Shown: positions 56,452 through 64,000 of the stretch, one piece after another
Layout: each line of letters opens with the position of its first letter
Position numbering within the stretch: position 1 is the first letter of the stretch
From: Spirochaetae bacterium HGW-Spirochaetae-2
GTDB taxonomy: Bacteria; Spirochaetota; Spirochaetia; Sphaerochaetales; Sphaerochaetaceae
NCBI GenBank assembly: GCA_002839355.1
Contig: PGXW01000010.1
Coordinates: 11,057-75,056 of the forward strand
DNA: 64,000 nucleotides
Direction: 5' to 3'
The notes under the pieces: generated by a model
What the model saw: the letters and a program-made list of their open reading frames with translations, nothing else
Databases searched by the model: none
What the model was told of the DNA's origin: nothing
Position numbers and translations under genes: made by a program

Positions 56452-57621
56452 ATGGCCAACATCTACGACTACCTGACCTGGCGCGGCGATCTGACGTTCA
56501 ACAAGGATCCGTTGAACGAAATCGACAGCCTGGTGTTCTCCACCCTTGCCTATGGAGAATTCGAGACCATACTCGCCCCATCGATCGGGGAGCTGTCCCT
56601 TCCGCTTGCCGAAGTTGACCAAGCATATGACAATTTCATGCAAGAGAATTACAAGGAATCCGATCCGCTGGGATTCTTCGGGGAGGTGCCGAAACTCCTC
56701 CATCAAGCTGCCACCACCAAACGGTTCGCCAACGTCCACCTCAGCGGATTTGAAAAACAGATAGATTTCGACCAGTCCAAACAATTTGTCGCCATGGTGA
56801 TATCCCTTCGGAAAAATCTCCACTTCCTCGCCTTCCGTGGAACCGACACCAACCTTGCCGGTTGGAAGGAGGATTTGCAGATGAGCTTCATGGATGAAGT
56901 TCCGGCACAGCAACTGGCCGCCGACTTTGCCAACAAGGCATTCGAATCGCTAGAGGGTGAATTCTATCTTGGTGGTCATTCCAAGGGAGGCAATCTGGCT
57001 GTCTATGCGGCCGTGAAAGCATCGAAAGAACAGCAGGACCGGATTATTGCCATATACAACAACGACGGACCCGGGTTCCAGTCACACATTGTCGAAAGCG
57101 ATGCCTACCAGCGAATCCTTGGCAACATCAAGACCTTCGTTCCAAGATCGTCTCCCGTCGGCTTGCTATTGGAACATGGCGGGGATTATACCGTAGTCGC
57201 CAGCACCCAAAAGAGCATATTGCAACACGACCCCTTCTCTTGGGAGGTACTCGGACCCCGATTTGTTTCCGAAGATGGACTTTCAAAAGGGGTGTTGGCG
57301 ATCAACAATGCCATACGGACGTGGTTGGCACAAGTTTCCATGGAGGAACGGGCCGAATTCGTGAAGGGGTTTTGCGACCTTATCGAGGCAACCGGTGCAA
57401 AGACCTTGGAGGACCTCACCAATGAGAAGCTGCAATCGGCTCAGGCAATACTGAAAGCCTATACCCATATGGGCAAGGATGCACGGACAAACCTCAAGAA
57501 GACCCTGGACCTCTTTTTCAAGGAGAGTCGAAAATCGATACGGGAAACGATACTCGGCGAGATAGACCATTTGCTTCCAAAGAAGCGCTCTCCCAAATCG
57601 ATATCGTCGGAGCAGGAATAA
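56452..57621 (+). CDS. DUF2974 (Mbeg1-like) alpha/beta-hydrolase / lipase-like protein
   Basis: 389 aa. MANIYDYLTWRGDLTFNKDPLNEIDSLVFSTLAY is the typical family N-terminus. Lipase-like GGHSKGG nucleophile elbow. Confidence 0.7.
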   Translation: MANIYDYLTWRGDLTFNKDPLNEIDSLVFSTLAYGEFETILAPSIGELSLPLAEVDQAYDNFMQENYKESDPLGFFGEVPKLLHQAATTKRFANVHLSGFEKQIDFDQSKQFVAMVISLRKNLHFLAFRGTDTNLAGWKEDLQMSFMDEVPAQQLAADFANKAFESLEGEFYLGGHSKGGNLAVYAAVKASKEQQDRIIAIYNNDGPGFQSHIVESDAYQRILGNIKTFVPRSSPVGLLLEHGGDYTVVASTQKSILQHDPFSWEVLGPRFVSEDGLSKGVLAINNAIRTWLAQVSMEERAEFVKGFCDLIEATGAKTLEDLTNEKLQSAQAILKAYTHMGKDARTNLKKTLDLFFKESRKSIRETILGEIDHLLPKKRSPKSISSEQE

Positions 57622-57623
57622 CG

Positions 57624-58496
57624 TCACTTCCCCCCGGAATACGTCGCATCCTGCGCATGGTAGCTGCTGCGCGCGAAGGGTTCGGAAAGTACCCAGGTGA
57701 AGCCCATGGCCATGGCCTCCTCCCCCCAACTCGCAAACCGTTCGGGATGGACGAACTGCTTGACCTCGAGCGAATCCTTGGACGGTTTGAGATACTGACC
57801 CATACATAACCGGTCGCATCCCCTGCCCCGCAGGTCCTGCAGAACACGCCGCACTTGGTCTTCCGTCTCTCCCAAACCCAGCATCAGCGATGACTTGATC
57901 GGAGTATCGGGCCACCGGCGCCTGGCAAAAGCCAGCAAGTCCAGAGAACGCCCATAGTTCCCACCAGGGCGTGCCACCGGATACAATTCGGGTACCGTCT
58001 CCACGTTATGCCCGAACACGAACGGTTGCACCCTATCCAGTATGTCCAGCGCCTTTTCCTGTACTCCTTTGAAGTCGGGTACCAATAATTCGAAACGCAT
58101 GGAGGGATTCACTTCCCTGCAGGCTTGTACTACAGCAACGAACTGCGAAGCTCCCCCATCCGCCAGATCGTCCCTATCCACGCTGGTGATCACCAGGTAC
58201 TGTATGCCAAGTCGGCTTGCCAACTGGGCAATCCGTTTCGGCTCCTCGGCATCGGGTAGCTCGGGAGTACCGTGAGCGACCGAACAGAAGGGACAATTGC
58301 GCGTGCAAATGGTACCGAGTATCAGGACCGTGGCGGTACCTTGCTCCCAACATTCACGTTGGTTGGGGCAATGTGCCTGCGTACAAATGGTATCGATATC
58401 CAACTGTTTGAGCAGACCCTCGGTCCGGTGGTACTGTACACCGGTCGACAACCCCTTGCGGATCCATGGGGGAAACGGGATATGTTGCGGCTTCAC
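57624..58496 (-). CDS. lipA: lipoyl synthase
   Basis: Radical-SAM cluster CTRNCPFCSV plus the auxiliary-cluster cysteines CPNQRECW. Confidence 0.9.
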   Translation of the reverse strand: MKPQHIPFPPWIRKGLSTGVQYHRTEGLLKQLDIDTICTQAHCPNQRECWEQGTATVLILGTICTRNCPFCSVAHGTPELPDAEEPKRIAQLASRLGIQYLVITSVDRDDLADGGASQFVAVVQACREVNPSMRFELLVPDFKGVQEKALDILDRVQPFVFGHNVETVPELYPVARPGGNYGRSLDLLAFARRRWPDTPIKSSLMLGLGETEDQVRRVLQDLRGRGCDRLCMGQYLKPSKDSLEVKQFVHPERFASWGEEAMAMGFTWVLSEPFARSSYHAQDATYSGGK

Positions 58497-59209
58497 GTTG
58501 AGACTCTCCGTGGTCCGACAAATTCGGGTATGAGGGAGACGCAGCTGGATTGGACGACTTCCTTGAGTTGCCGCATCGGCACATCGTGGGCGCCTTCCCT
58601 CGCGGCGCTGGTCATTTCGACGCCATCAATACCACACGGTACGATGTGGCCGAAAATACCCAAATCATTGTACAGGTTGATCGCAATACCGTGCATACTC
58701 ACTCCCCGCGCTATCTGAATACCCACGGAAGCAATCTTGCGCCCCTCGACCCAGAGACCGGGATACCGGTTTCGCCTACCCGAGGGAACTCCGGAATGTT
58801 GCAGGACATCCATCGCAATTTGTTCGAGATAGTGGACAAATGGGGCCACATGGAAACCGAAATCCTGCAATTTGATAATGGGATACACGACCAATTGTCC
58901 CGGATTGTGCACGGTGCCACCTCCACCCCGGCGAACCTGGACGACATCTATTCCCAAATCGTCCAACCGCTTTTGGGGAAGCACGAGTATATTGTGCTCC
59001 TTGTGGAGCCCGAGAGTGATCACAGGAGGATGTTCGACCAACAGGATCACCGAGGGCATGGATCCGGTCAAGACCGCTTCATGGAGACGGACTTGCAGTT
59101 CCAGCGCTTCTTGGTAGGCCATGAGCCCACAATCGACGCATACCGGCACAACATGGTGGAACTTCAATGTGCCCAGGCTGTCAGGCAGAATGTCTTGGAT
59201 TTGTACCAT
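58493..59209 (-). CDS. lipB: octanoyltransferase (lipoyl(octanoyl) transferase)
   Basis: Motif RGGGGTVHNPGQLVVYPI. Overlaps lipA by 4 bp. Confidence 0.85.
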   Translation of the reverse strand: MVQIQDILPDSLGTLKFHHVVPVCVDCGLMAYQEALELQVRLHEAVLTGSMPSVILLVEHPPVITLGLHKEHNILVLPQKRLDDLGIDVVQVRRGGGGTVHNPGQLVVYPIIKLQDFGFHVAPFVHYLEQIAMDVLQHSGVPSGRRNRYPGLWVEGRKIASVGIQIARGVSMHGIAINLYNDLGIFGHIVPCGIDGVEMTSAAREGAHDVPMRQLKEVVQSSCVSLIPEFVGPRRVST

Positions 59210-59272
59210 GGCACATGGTGTCAGAGGAGATTCATTTTGTCAATGCGGGATACAGGCGACAGAGGCAAGGCA

Positions 59273-60472
59273 TCACCCGGGTTGCTTTTCCCCACGGTAT
59301 ACGGTGAGTTTGTTGCGTCCCGTCTCCTTGGACTGGTACAAGGCCTTGTCGGCCTTCTCCATCAACGATTCGGGAGTCTCATTCAGACTCCATTGCGCGA
59401 TACCGACGCTCACAGTCAGCTCTCCAGCCGCCAATCCATCGAAATCTTGGGAGATCTGTTGGACCTTGTCCACAATGCGCTGCCCGGCAACAACCGCGTC
59501 CTTCAAATTCGTCTCTGGGAGGATAACAACAAACTCGTCCCCACCGTAGCGTGAACAGATATCCACGACGCGGGTGTTGAGCTTCAGGACGTCGGCAATC
59601 GATTTGAGCGCCCTATCGCCGACCTGGTGCCCGTAGGTGTCGTTGATCGCCTTGAAACGGTCGATATCGATCATCATCAGCGAAAGGGGCCGTTTGGTCG
59701 ACAACGCGTCCTCTATGGCATCATTCAAGCGGAATTCATGGAACTTCTTGCTATGGAGTCCGGAAAGGTAGTCGGTCTTTTGCGATTCGATACGTAATAG
59801 GATCAGTATGAACATGACAAGCGAAATCAGGACTATGAGCGTCACAAAACTCAGGACAATCACCAGACTGATCTTTTGCAACATATCCTCGACTTTCTCC
59901 AAGGAAAAGTCCACGCCGACAAGCCCAACGACCGTGCCGTCGGCCATATCAACGATTGGTGCGAAACCGGTTATCAATTTCCCCCAATCCGGATAGTCGA
60001 CCACTTCGGTAAACAAAGCCCGCTTCTGTGTATGTGCAAGCAACTCGTTCTCGGTAATTCCCTCACGCTCGCCGAAAGCGGAGAAATCATCGCTATCCAT
60101 GTCCTGGGCATCCAGGATATATGCTATCTCCGAATCGGAGACCACCGTTTCAGTGTAGATGAAATCGGCATCGATCTCCTGCTTGATTTCACGCAAAAGG
60201 GCATTTGTACGTAGATAATAGGCTTCATCGAATTGTGGATCCCCATACCCACCCGAATTGGAAAGTTCACGATACGGTCCGATATCCTGTTCGATCAGAT
60301 GTGCGATAGTGAGTGCGACATTCTTGGCTTCGATACCAAGCCGTTCGATGATCAGTGACTCGATATGGTCGTGGATCAACAATGCAGGAAACGCAAGGGC
60401 AATCGTGACGACAACGAGTATCGCCAACAAACCGAGAACCCTCTTGGTATATCGTCGTCTGGAAAGGCGCAA
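59273..60472 (-). CDS. sensor diguanylate cyclase (periplasmic domain-TM-GGDEF)
   Basis: 399 aa. Two transmembrane helices flank a ~170-aa periplasmic domain. GGDEF motif RYGGDEFVVILP. Confidence 0.85.
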   Translation of the reverse strand: MRLSRRRYTKRVLGLLAILVVVTIALAFPALLIHDHIESLIIERLGIEAKNVALTIAHLIEQDIGPYRELSNSGGYGDPQFDEAYYLRTNALLREIKQEIDADFIYTETVVSDSEIAYILDAQDMDSDDFSAFGEREGITENELLAHTQKRALFTEVVDYPDWGKLITGFAPIVDMADGTVVGLVGVDFSLEKVEDMLQKISLVIVLSFVTLIVLISLVMFILILLRIESQKTDYLSGLHSKKFHEFRLNDAIEDALSTKRPLSLMMIDIDRFKAINDTYGHQVGDRALKSIADVLKLNTRVVDICSRYGGDEFVVILPETNLKDAVVAGQRIVDKVQQISQDFDGLAAGELTVSVGIAQWSLNETPESLMEKADKALYQSKETGRNKLTVYRGEKQPG

Positions 60473-60529
60473 TGTTCATCTCCTACCGATGCGCTATAGT
60501 AACGAATATTTTCTCTTTGGAATAGTGCT

Positions 60530-61705
60530 TCACCTGTCTTGCCAATCCAGCAATCGCTTTTCGCCTTCCATATCACGAAGACCTGTAATGTCTTGCGATA
60601 CTTCGAGCGTTCCGGCATACGATCCGTCCCCATGGTATAGTGCGGTATAGGTGATCCTCACATACCGGGAACCAACGGTTATCCGGAATTCAGCCTCTTT
60701 CCGTGTACCTGCCCGGAATGCTTCCAAGATCTTTTGGACAATATGGACACTCTTTGGCGGATGGCAGTTTTGGACAGACCTGCCGACGACAGCCTTGGTT
60801 CTTGGAAATATCCTATGTTCGGGAGTGTTGAAATACACCACCTTGTCATCCTCGTCCACCAGAGTGATATCGACCGGAAGGTTGTTGAACAGATGCACCA
60901 ACTGACGTGCCGTCGGGTTTCCGGTAACAAGATCGATTCTCCCGTCGGACGAATCTTTTGCAGCCGTAGGATCCACCTGTCCCTCCTCGTGCTGGTTCTC
61001 GGAGAGTGTCAACAGCACATTCCGGGGTATCCGGGGTAAGATTGCGGGGAACAGGACTTGCTCTTCCCTGAATACCATCGAGCGCATATCGAAAAACAGC
61101 TGGCCGAACTGACGGTTCAAAAGGGCAAGTGGAGTTCCGGCATCCTCCAGCGATGCACGCAGATCCTTGAGCGTCCTTCGCACGTCGTCATGGATTGCCC
61201 ACATGAGTTGCACGCAACGACTCTCTTCGACAAACTTCTCGACGACTGGAAACAAGATATTTTCCTTCATCGTATAGTGTGCCGTCAGTTCGGACAATTG
61301 ATCGAGTGCAACGACCATTTCCCTTTTATACGTCGCAGGAGAATCTCCGGAATTCATCGAGACAACCTGTGGTCTCAACGAGTCGAGGATCGCAGCAATC
61401 CGATCGTTTCTTGACATCAGGTTCTCAAGGAAGGGAATGCCCCGTTCGAATGGACGGCTTTGTGCGGCAAGCGCCTTGGTGAAGGAATGGAGCATCCTCG
61501 TGACGATTGTCTTGACAAGCTCCATATCTTCGACTGTTTGCATGACGGCATCCACCAAAACCATGGTCTCGACCGGTGTGACAGTATCGAACATATCCCG
61601 GGCCCTTGCCAGATTGGCCGTATTGGAAGCCGGATTTGCCAAACCGAGACAATAGGGCAACAACACCTTGAAATATGCTGAGGTGGTACTGCTCGAAATC
61701 TCCAT
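60530..61705 (-). CDS. DUF438 / hemerythrin-like / PAS protein, paralog of 13884-15122
   Basis: About 391 aa. C-terminus NLPVDITLVDEDDKVVYFN...NCHPPKSVHIVQKILEAFRAG is collinear with the first copy. Start moved to MEISSS so it does not overlap the cupin gene. No DUF1858 partner adjacent. Confidence 0.65.
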   Translation of the reverse strand: MEISSSTTSAYFKVLLPYCLGLANPASNTANLARARDMFDTVTPVETMVLVDAVMQTVEDMELVKTIVTRMLHSFTKALAAQSRPFERGIPFLENLMSRNDRIAAILDSLRPQVVSMNSGDSPATYKREMVVALDQLSELTAHYTMKENILFPVVEKFVEESRCVQLMWAIHDDVRRTLKDLRASLEDAGTPLALLNRQFGQLFFDMRSMVFREEQVLFPAILPRIPRNVLLTLSENQHEEGQVDPTAAKDSSDGRIDLVTGNPTARQLVHLFNNLPVDITLVDEDDKVVYFNTPEHRIFPRTKAVVGRSVQNCHPPKSVHIVQKILEAFRAGTRKEAEFRITVGSRYVRITYTALYHGDGSYAGTLEVSQDITGLRDMEGEKRLLDWQDR

Positions 61706-61706
61706 C

Positions 61707-62054
61707 CTAGGCTTCCCCGACTTTCGGCACGATGCACATGAATACAAATTCATGTTCCCCGGCATTGGATACCTGATGGTGGATATCGGAAGGAACATAT
61801 GCTACCGATCCGGGAGTGAGCGGATGGTCCGTGCCATCCATAAACAGGTTGCCCTTCCCCTCCACCACATACATGATATGGGGCCAGGGGTGGGAATGCC
61901 GTGGAGCATATCCACCTTTCCCCAAGGTGAACAAACGCATGACATGATCAGCCCAGCCTTGGTCCGGACCGATCAGTATCTGTTTTTCCACCGCTTGCAT
62001 GGCAGGATGGTTCAATTGTTTCTTCTCTATTTCATTCCGATGCGATACGAACAT
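61707..62054 (-). CDS. cupin-domain protein
   Basis: 115 aa. Motifs GGYAPRHSHPWPHIMYVVEGKG and HHQVSNAG. Confidence 0.7.
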   Translation of the reverse strand: MFVSHRNEIEKKQLNHPAMQAVEKQILIGPDQGWADHVMRLFTLGKGGYAPRHSHPWPHIMYVVEGKGNLFMDGTDHPLTPGSVAYVPSDIHHQVSNAGEHEFVFMCIVPKVGEA

Positions 62055-62067
62055 ATTCGCCTCCTGT

Positions 62068-63036
62068 TCAATTCGTAAGCTGCGACATGACCCAGTCGGT
62101 ACGCATGGCGCTTTCGCCGGTACTTGGACAGGTTCCTTTTCCTTGCAATGTATCGACTATTGTTTGGATCAAGGGTTGTGCGACATGCTGCGGAGGTTCC
62201 GGAACACCCAGAGTTCTCGATTCTCCCTCGGAGACAATTTCAATCGGGGCCTCCAGATCCTGCACACTGAAGGAAAGGTTCCCTTTGGTCCCGATCACCT
62301 CGACCCGATCATAGTCGCTCCATGCGTTGAATACCCACATGCCGCTACCTTGCACACCACCGGCAAACTTCCAGCTTCCGCTGACGATGTCTTCGGCCGG
62401 ATAATCGTTCTCCTGTCTGCCTGCTATTCCCGTTGCCTCGACAATTGGGCCGAAATACCAATCCAACAGGTCCAAGGTATGGCAGCCCACGTCATGGAAT
62501 CGTCCCCCACCAGCTATCTCTGGCTTGACCCGCCAACTCGAACCGTTGAGATCGTCACCTATCGGCCGCTGGTAGAGCAATACTGTGACCGCACGGACTG
62601 TACCGATGGCTCCGTCCGCAAGCATTTTCCGTATCTGCATGAATTTCGGCAAGGCCCGCCGGTAATAGGCGCTGAACAAGGGAACCCCGGCTTCCTTGCA
62701 GAAATCCACCATCTTCCGACTATGTTCGAACGAAAGACCCATAGGTTTTTCGACATAGATCGGTTTCCCGGCGCGCGCAGCCTGGAGGGTATAGTCGAGA
62801 TGCGCATTCGGAGGAGTGGCTATATAGATGGCGTCGACTTCAGGGTCTTGTATGAGCCGTGAGGCATCGTCATACCAACGGGGAACGCCATGCCGCTTCG
62901 CATAATCGGCCGCATGGTCACCATTGCGACCCATGACGGCAACCAGGGAGGATCCGACTATCTTCTGGAAGGCAGGACCACTTTTCTGTTCGGTAACGGC
63001 TCCACACCCTAGCATACCCCAGCGGATGGTTTGCAT
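62068..63036 (-). CDS. Gfo/Idh/MocA-family NAD(P)-dependent oxidoreductase
   Basis: N-terminal Rossmann motif IRWGMLGCGAVTEQ. AGGAGG RBS. Start MQTIRW. Confidence 0.8.
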   Translation of the reverse strand: MQTIRWGMLGCGAVTEQKSGPAFQKIVGSSLVAVMGRNGDHAADYAKRHGVPRWYDDASRLIQDPEVDAIYIATPPNAHLDYTLQAARAGKPIYVEKPMGLSFEHSRKMVDFCKEAGVPLFSAYYRRALPKFMQIRKMLADGAIGTVRAVTVLLYQRPIGDDLNGSSWRVKPEIAGGGRFHDVGCHTLDLLDWYFGPIVEATGIAGRQENDYPAEDIVSGSWKFAGGVQGSGMWVFNAWSDYDRVEVIGTKGNLSFSVQDLEAPIEIVSEGESRTLGVPEPPQHVAQPLIQTIVDTLQGKGTCPSTGESAMRTDWVMSQLTN

Positions 63037-63150
63037 GGATTCCTCCTTCTCGCTTCGTATGGAAAGCATACGGTATCTTCCGGCAATCGTCAAACAGACG
63101 TTGACCAATCGTCCGAATATTTGCATATTCTAGGGACATGGAGGCACATC

Positions 63151-63567
63151 ATGAACCGAAGGACTGTGTTCATATGGCTGATGTTTCTTTGTGCGATTCC
63201 ACTGTTCGCCGAAATGGCACCAACGGCGTATCGCGACATGCAATTGGGCGCCCCTGACCATGTCGAGATCTCCGTAGGACGGGTGAAGGTCCGCTGGATA
63301 CTGTTCACAAGGACGTCCAATGTCACTGTACAAGCCAAGGTTGTCGAGGTGTACGAAAGTCTGAGCAACCTCTCGGTTGGAGATTCGATTACCATCACCT
63401 ATCAACATTTCAAAAGTCCTTCGCATGGGTGGACAGGTCCCCGCGCCATACCGATACTCAAGAAACGGGATGTCACGGAAGCCTTCCTGGCATTCGACCG
63501 TGAGTCGAACACCTATGTCCCGGCCGCCCGGGGAGCTTCATTCGAGCCCTTGACACCGATCATATGA
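63151..63567 (+). CDS. hypothetical secreted protein
   Basis: 138 aa with signal peptide MNRRTVFIWLMFLCAIPLFA. GGAGG RBS. No family recognised. Confidence 0.45.
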   Translation: MNRRTVFIWLMFLCAIPLFAEMAPTAYRDMQLGAPDHVEISVGRVKVRWILFTRTSNVTVQAKVVEVYESLSNLSVGDSITITYQHFKSPSHGWTGPRAIPILKKRDVTEAFLAFDRESNTYVPAARGASFEPLTPII

Positions 63568-64000
63568 TAGTTGTGACAGTTCCTGCCTTATTGGCAAAAT
63601 AACCGGGAAACTTGTCCTTGAGCATAGTACTTGCCTCTTCCCCCGTGCAATGGGAGACACCAAGCAACGGAATGTCCTGTGCGATCAATTGGCGAACCAC
63701 AGCATCCCTCCGTTCCGGTGCCGCATCGAACAGGTGGATGCCTCCAAGCAAGGCATACAAGGGCTTGGGGAATCGTGAACGTACAGCGTCTATCATATTG
63801 AGTATGCCCGGATGCGAACATCCGGCGATCATGACCAGTCCTCGGGGCGAATCGATCACCATGGCCACTTCATCGCAAAACTCATCCACTATCTTCTCTT
63901 GTCGATGTTCGACGAGGAACCGCGGATTGGGTTGCTCAAGCGGATGGATCCGATCGAATGCCGAAACCAACCAGACACCAGGGTGTATCATGACTGTATC
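63560..64000 (-). CDS. MBL-fold metallo-hydrolase-like protein, C-terminal part (5' end beyond window)
   Basis: Motifs AGCSHPG and VSHCTGEEA. The ORF stays open to the window edge. Confidence 0.5.
   Translation of the reverse strand, partial: DTVMIHPGVWLVSAFDRIHPLEQPNPRFLVEHRQEKIVDEFCDEVAMVIDSPRGLVMIAGCSHPGILNMIDAVRSRFPKPLYALLGGIHLFDAAPERRDAVVRQLIAQDIPLLGVSHCTGEEASTMLKDKFPGYFANKAGTVTTII

Noticed and set aside
1-64000. CRISPR arrays, rRNA/tRNA genes, transposases, integrases, phage structural genes
   Set aside because: I searched by eye for short regularly spaced direct repeats, DDE/tyrosine-recombinase-like proteins and rRNA-like conserved segments. None found.

Overview
The window is 64 kb of bacterial chromosome, about 55% GC by eye, densely coding on both strands, with roughly 62 protein genes and no rRNA, tRNA, CRISPR array, transposase or integrase. 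It looks like an anaerobic, lipoprotein-rich diderm with heavy c-di-GMP signalling. All family assignments below come from motif recognition in the supplied translations, not from database searches.

Main contents, in order:
- 0.3-6.0 kb: three tandem c-di-GMP turnover genes (membrane PAS-GGDEF-HD-GYP, PAS-GGDEF, 4xPAS-GGDEF-HD-GYP).
- 6.5-11.3 kb: a 2-oxoacid:ferredoxin oxidoreductase (delta, alpha, fused beta/gamma) followed by butyrate kinase and phosphate butyryltransferase, which looks like a branched-chain or short-chain acyl fermentation operon.
- 11.6-15.1 kb: long-chain acyl-CoA synthetase, then a DUF1858-like small protein translationally coupled to a DUF438/hemerythrin-like/PAS protein.
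- 15.2-18.5 kb: a serine-palmitoyltransferase-like alpha-oxoamine synthase followed by pgl and zwf, all on the minus strand.
- 18.7-24.6 kb: a hexuronate catabolic block (uxaA, uxaC, IclR/KdgR-like regulator, kdgK, eda with a C-terminal VOC-like extension).
- 24.7-24.8 kb and 56.2-56.3 kb: two copies of a conserved ~91-nt intergenic element; the first copy is followed by an intrinsic terminator.
- 25.4-30.9 kb: XRE regulator, PlsC-family acyltransferase, EamA transporter, ABC-F ATPase, rhodanese lipoprotein.
- 31.0-38.9 kb: a plus-strand operon of YtrA-type GntR regulator, SPFH protein, a LolC-D-E-like permease-ATPase-permease set, a third FtsX-type permease, a LolA-like protein and a secreted putative outer-membrane protein.
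- 39.8-42.4 kb: a periplasmic-sensor PAS-degenerate GGDEF-EAL protein.
- 42.5-51.7 kb: DUF1232 protein, MFS transporter, an ABC importer with two ATPases, and a membrane-anchored AraC-type regulator.
- 51.7-52.5 kb: a VOC protein and YjbQ.
- 52.5-56.4 kb: a visibly AT-richer accessory stretch with relB/relE, a SatD-like plus DUF3307-like two-gene module, an orphan BrnA-like antitoxin, a lipoprotein and the second copy of the conserved element, ending at a DUF2974 lipase-like gene.
- 57.6-64.0 kb: lipA, lipB, a GGDEF sensor, a second DUF438 paralog, a cupin, a Gfo/Idh/MocA oxidoreductase and a partial MBL-fold gene at the window edge.

Most worth a second look: the duplicated conserved element, the SatD/DUF3307-like module in the AT-rich patch, the Lol-like operon with a third permease, and the split RIC-like DUF1858/DUF438 pairs.
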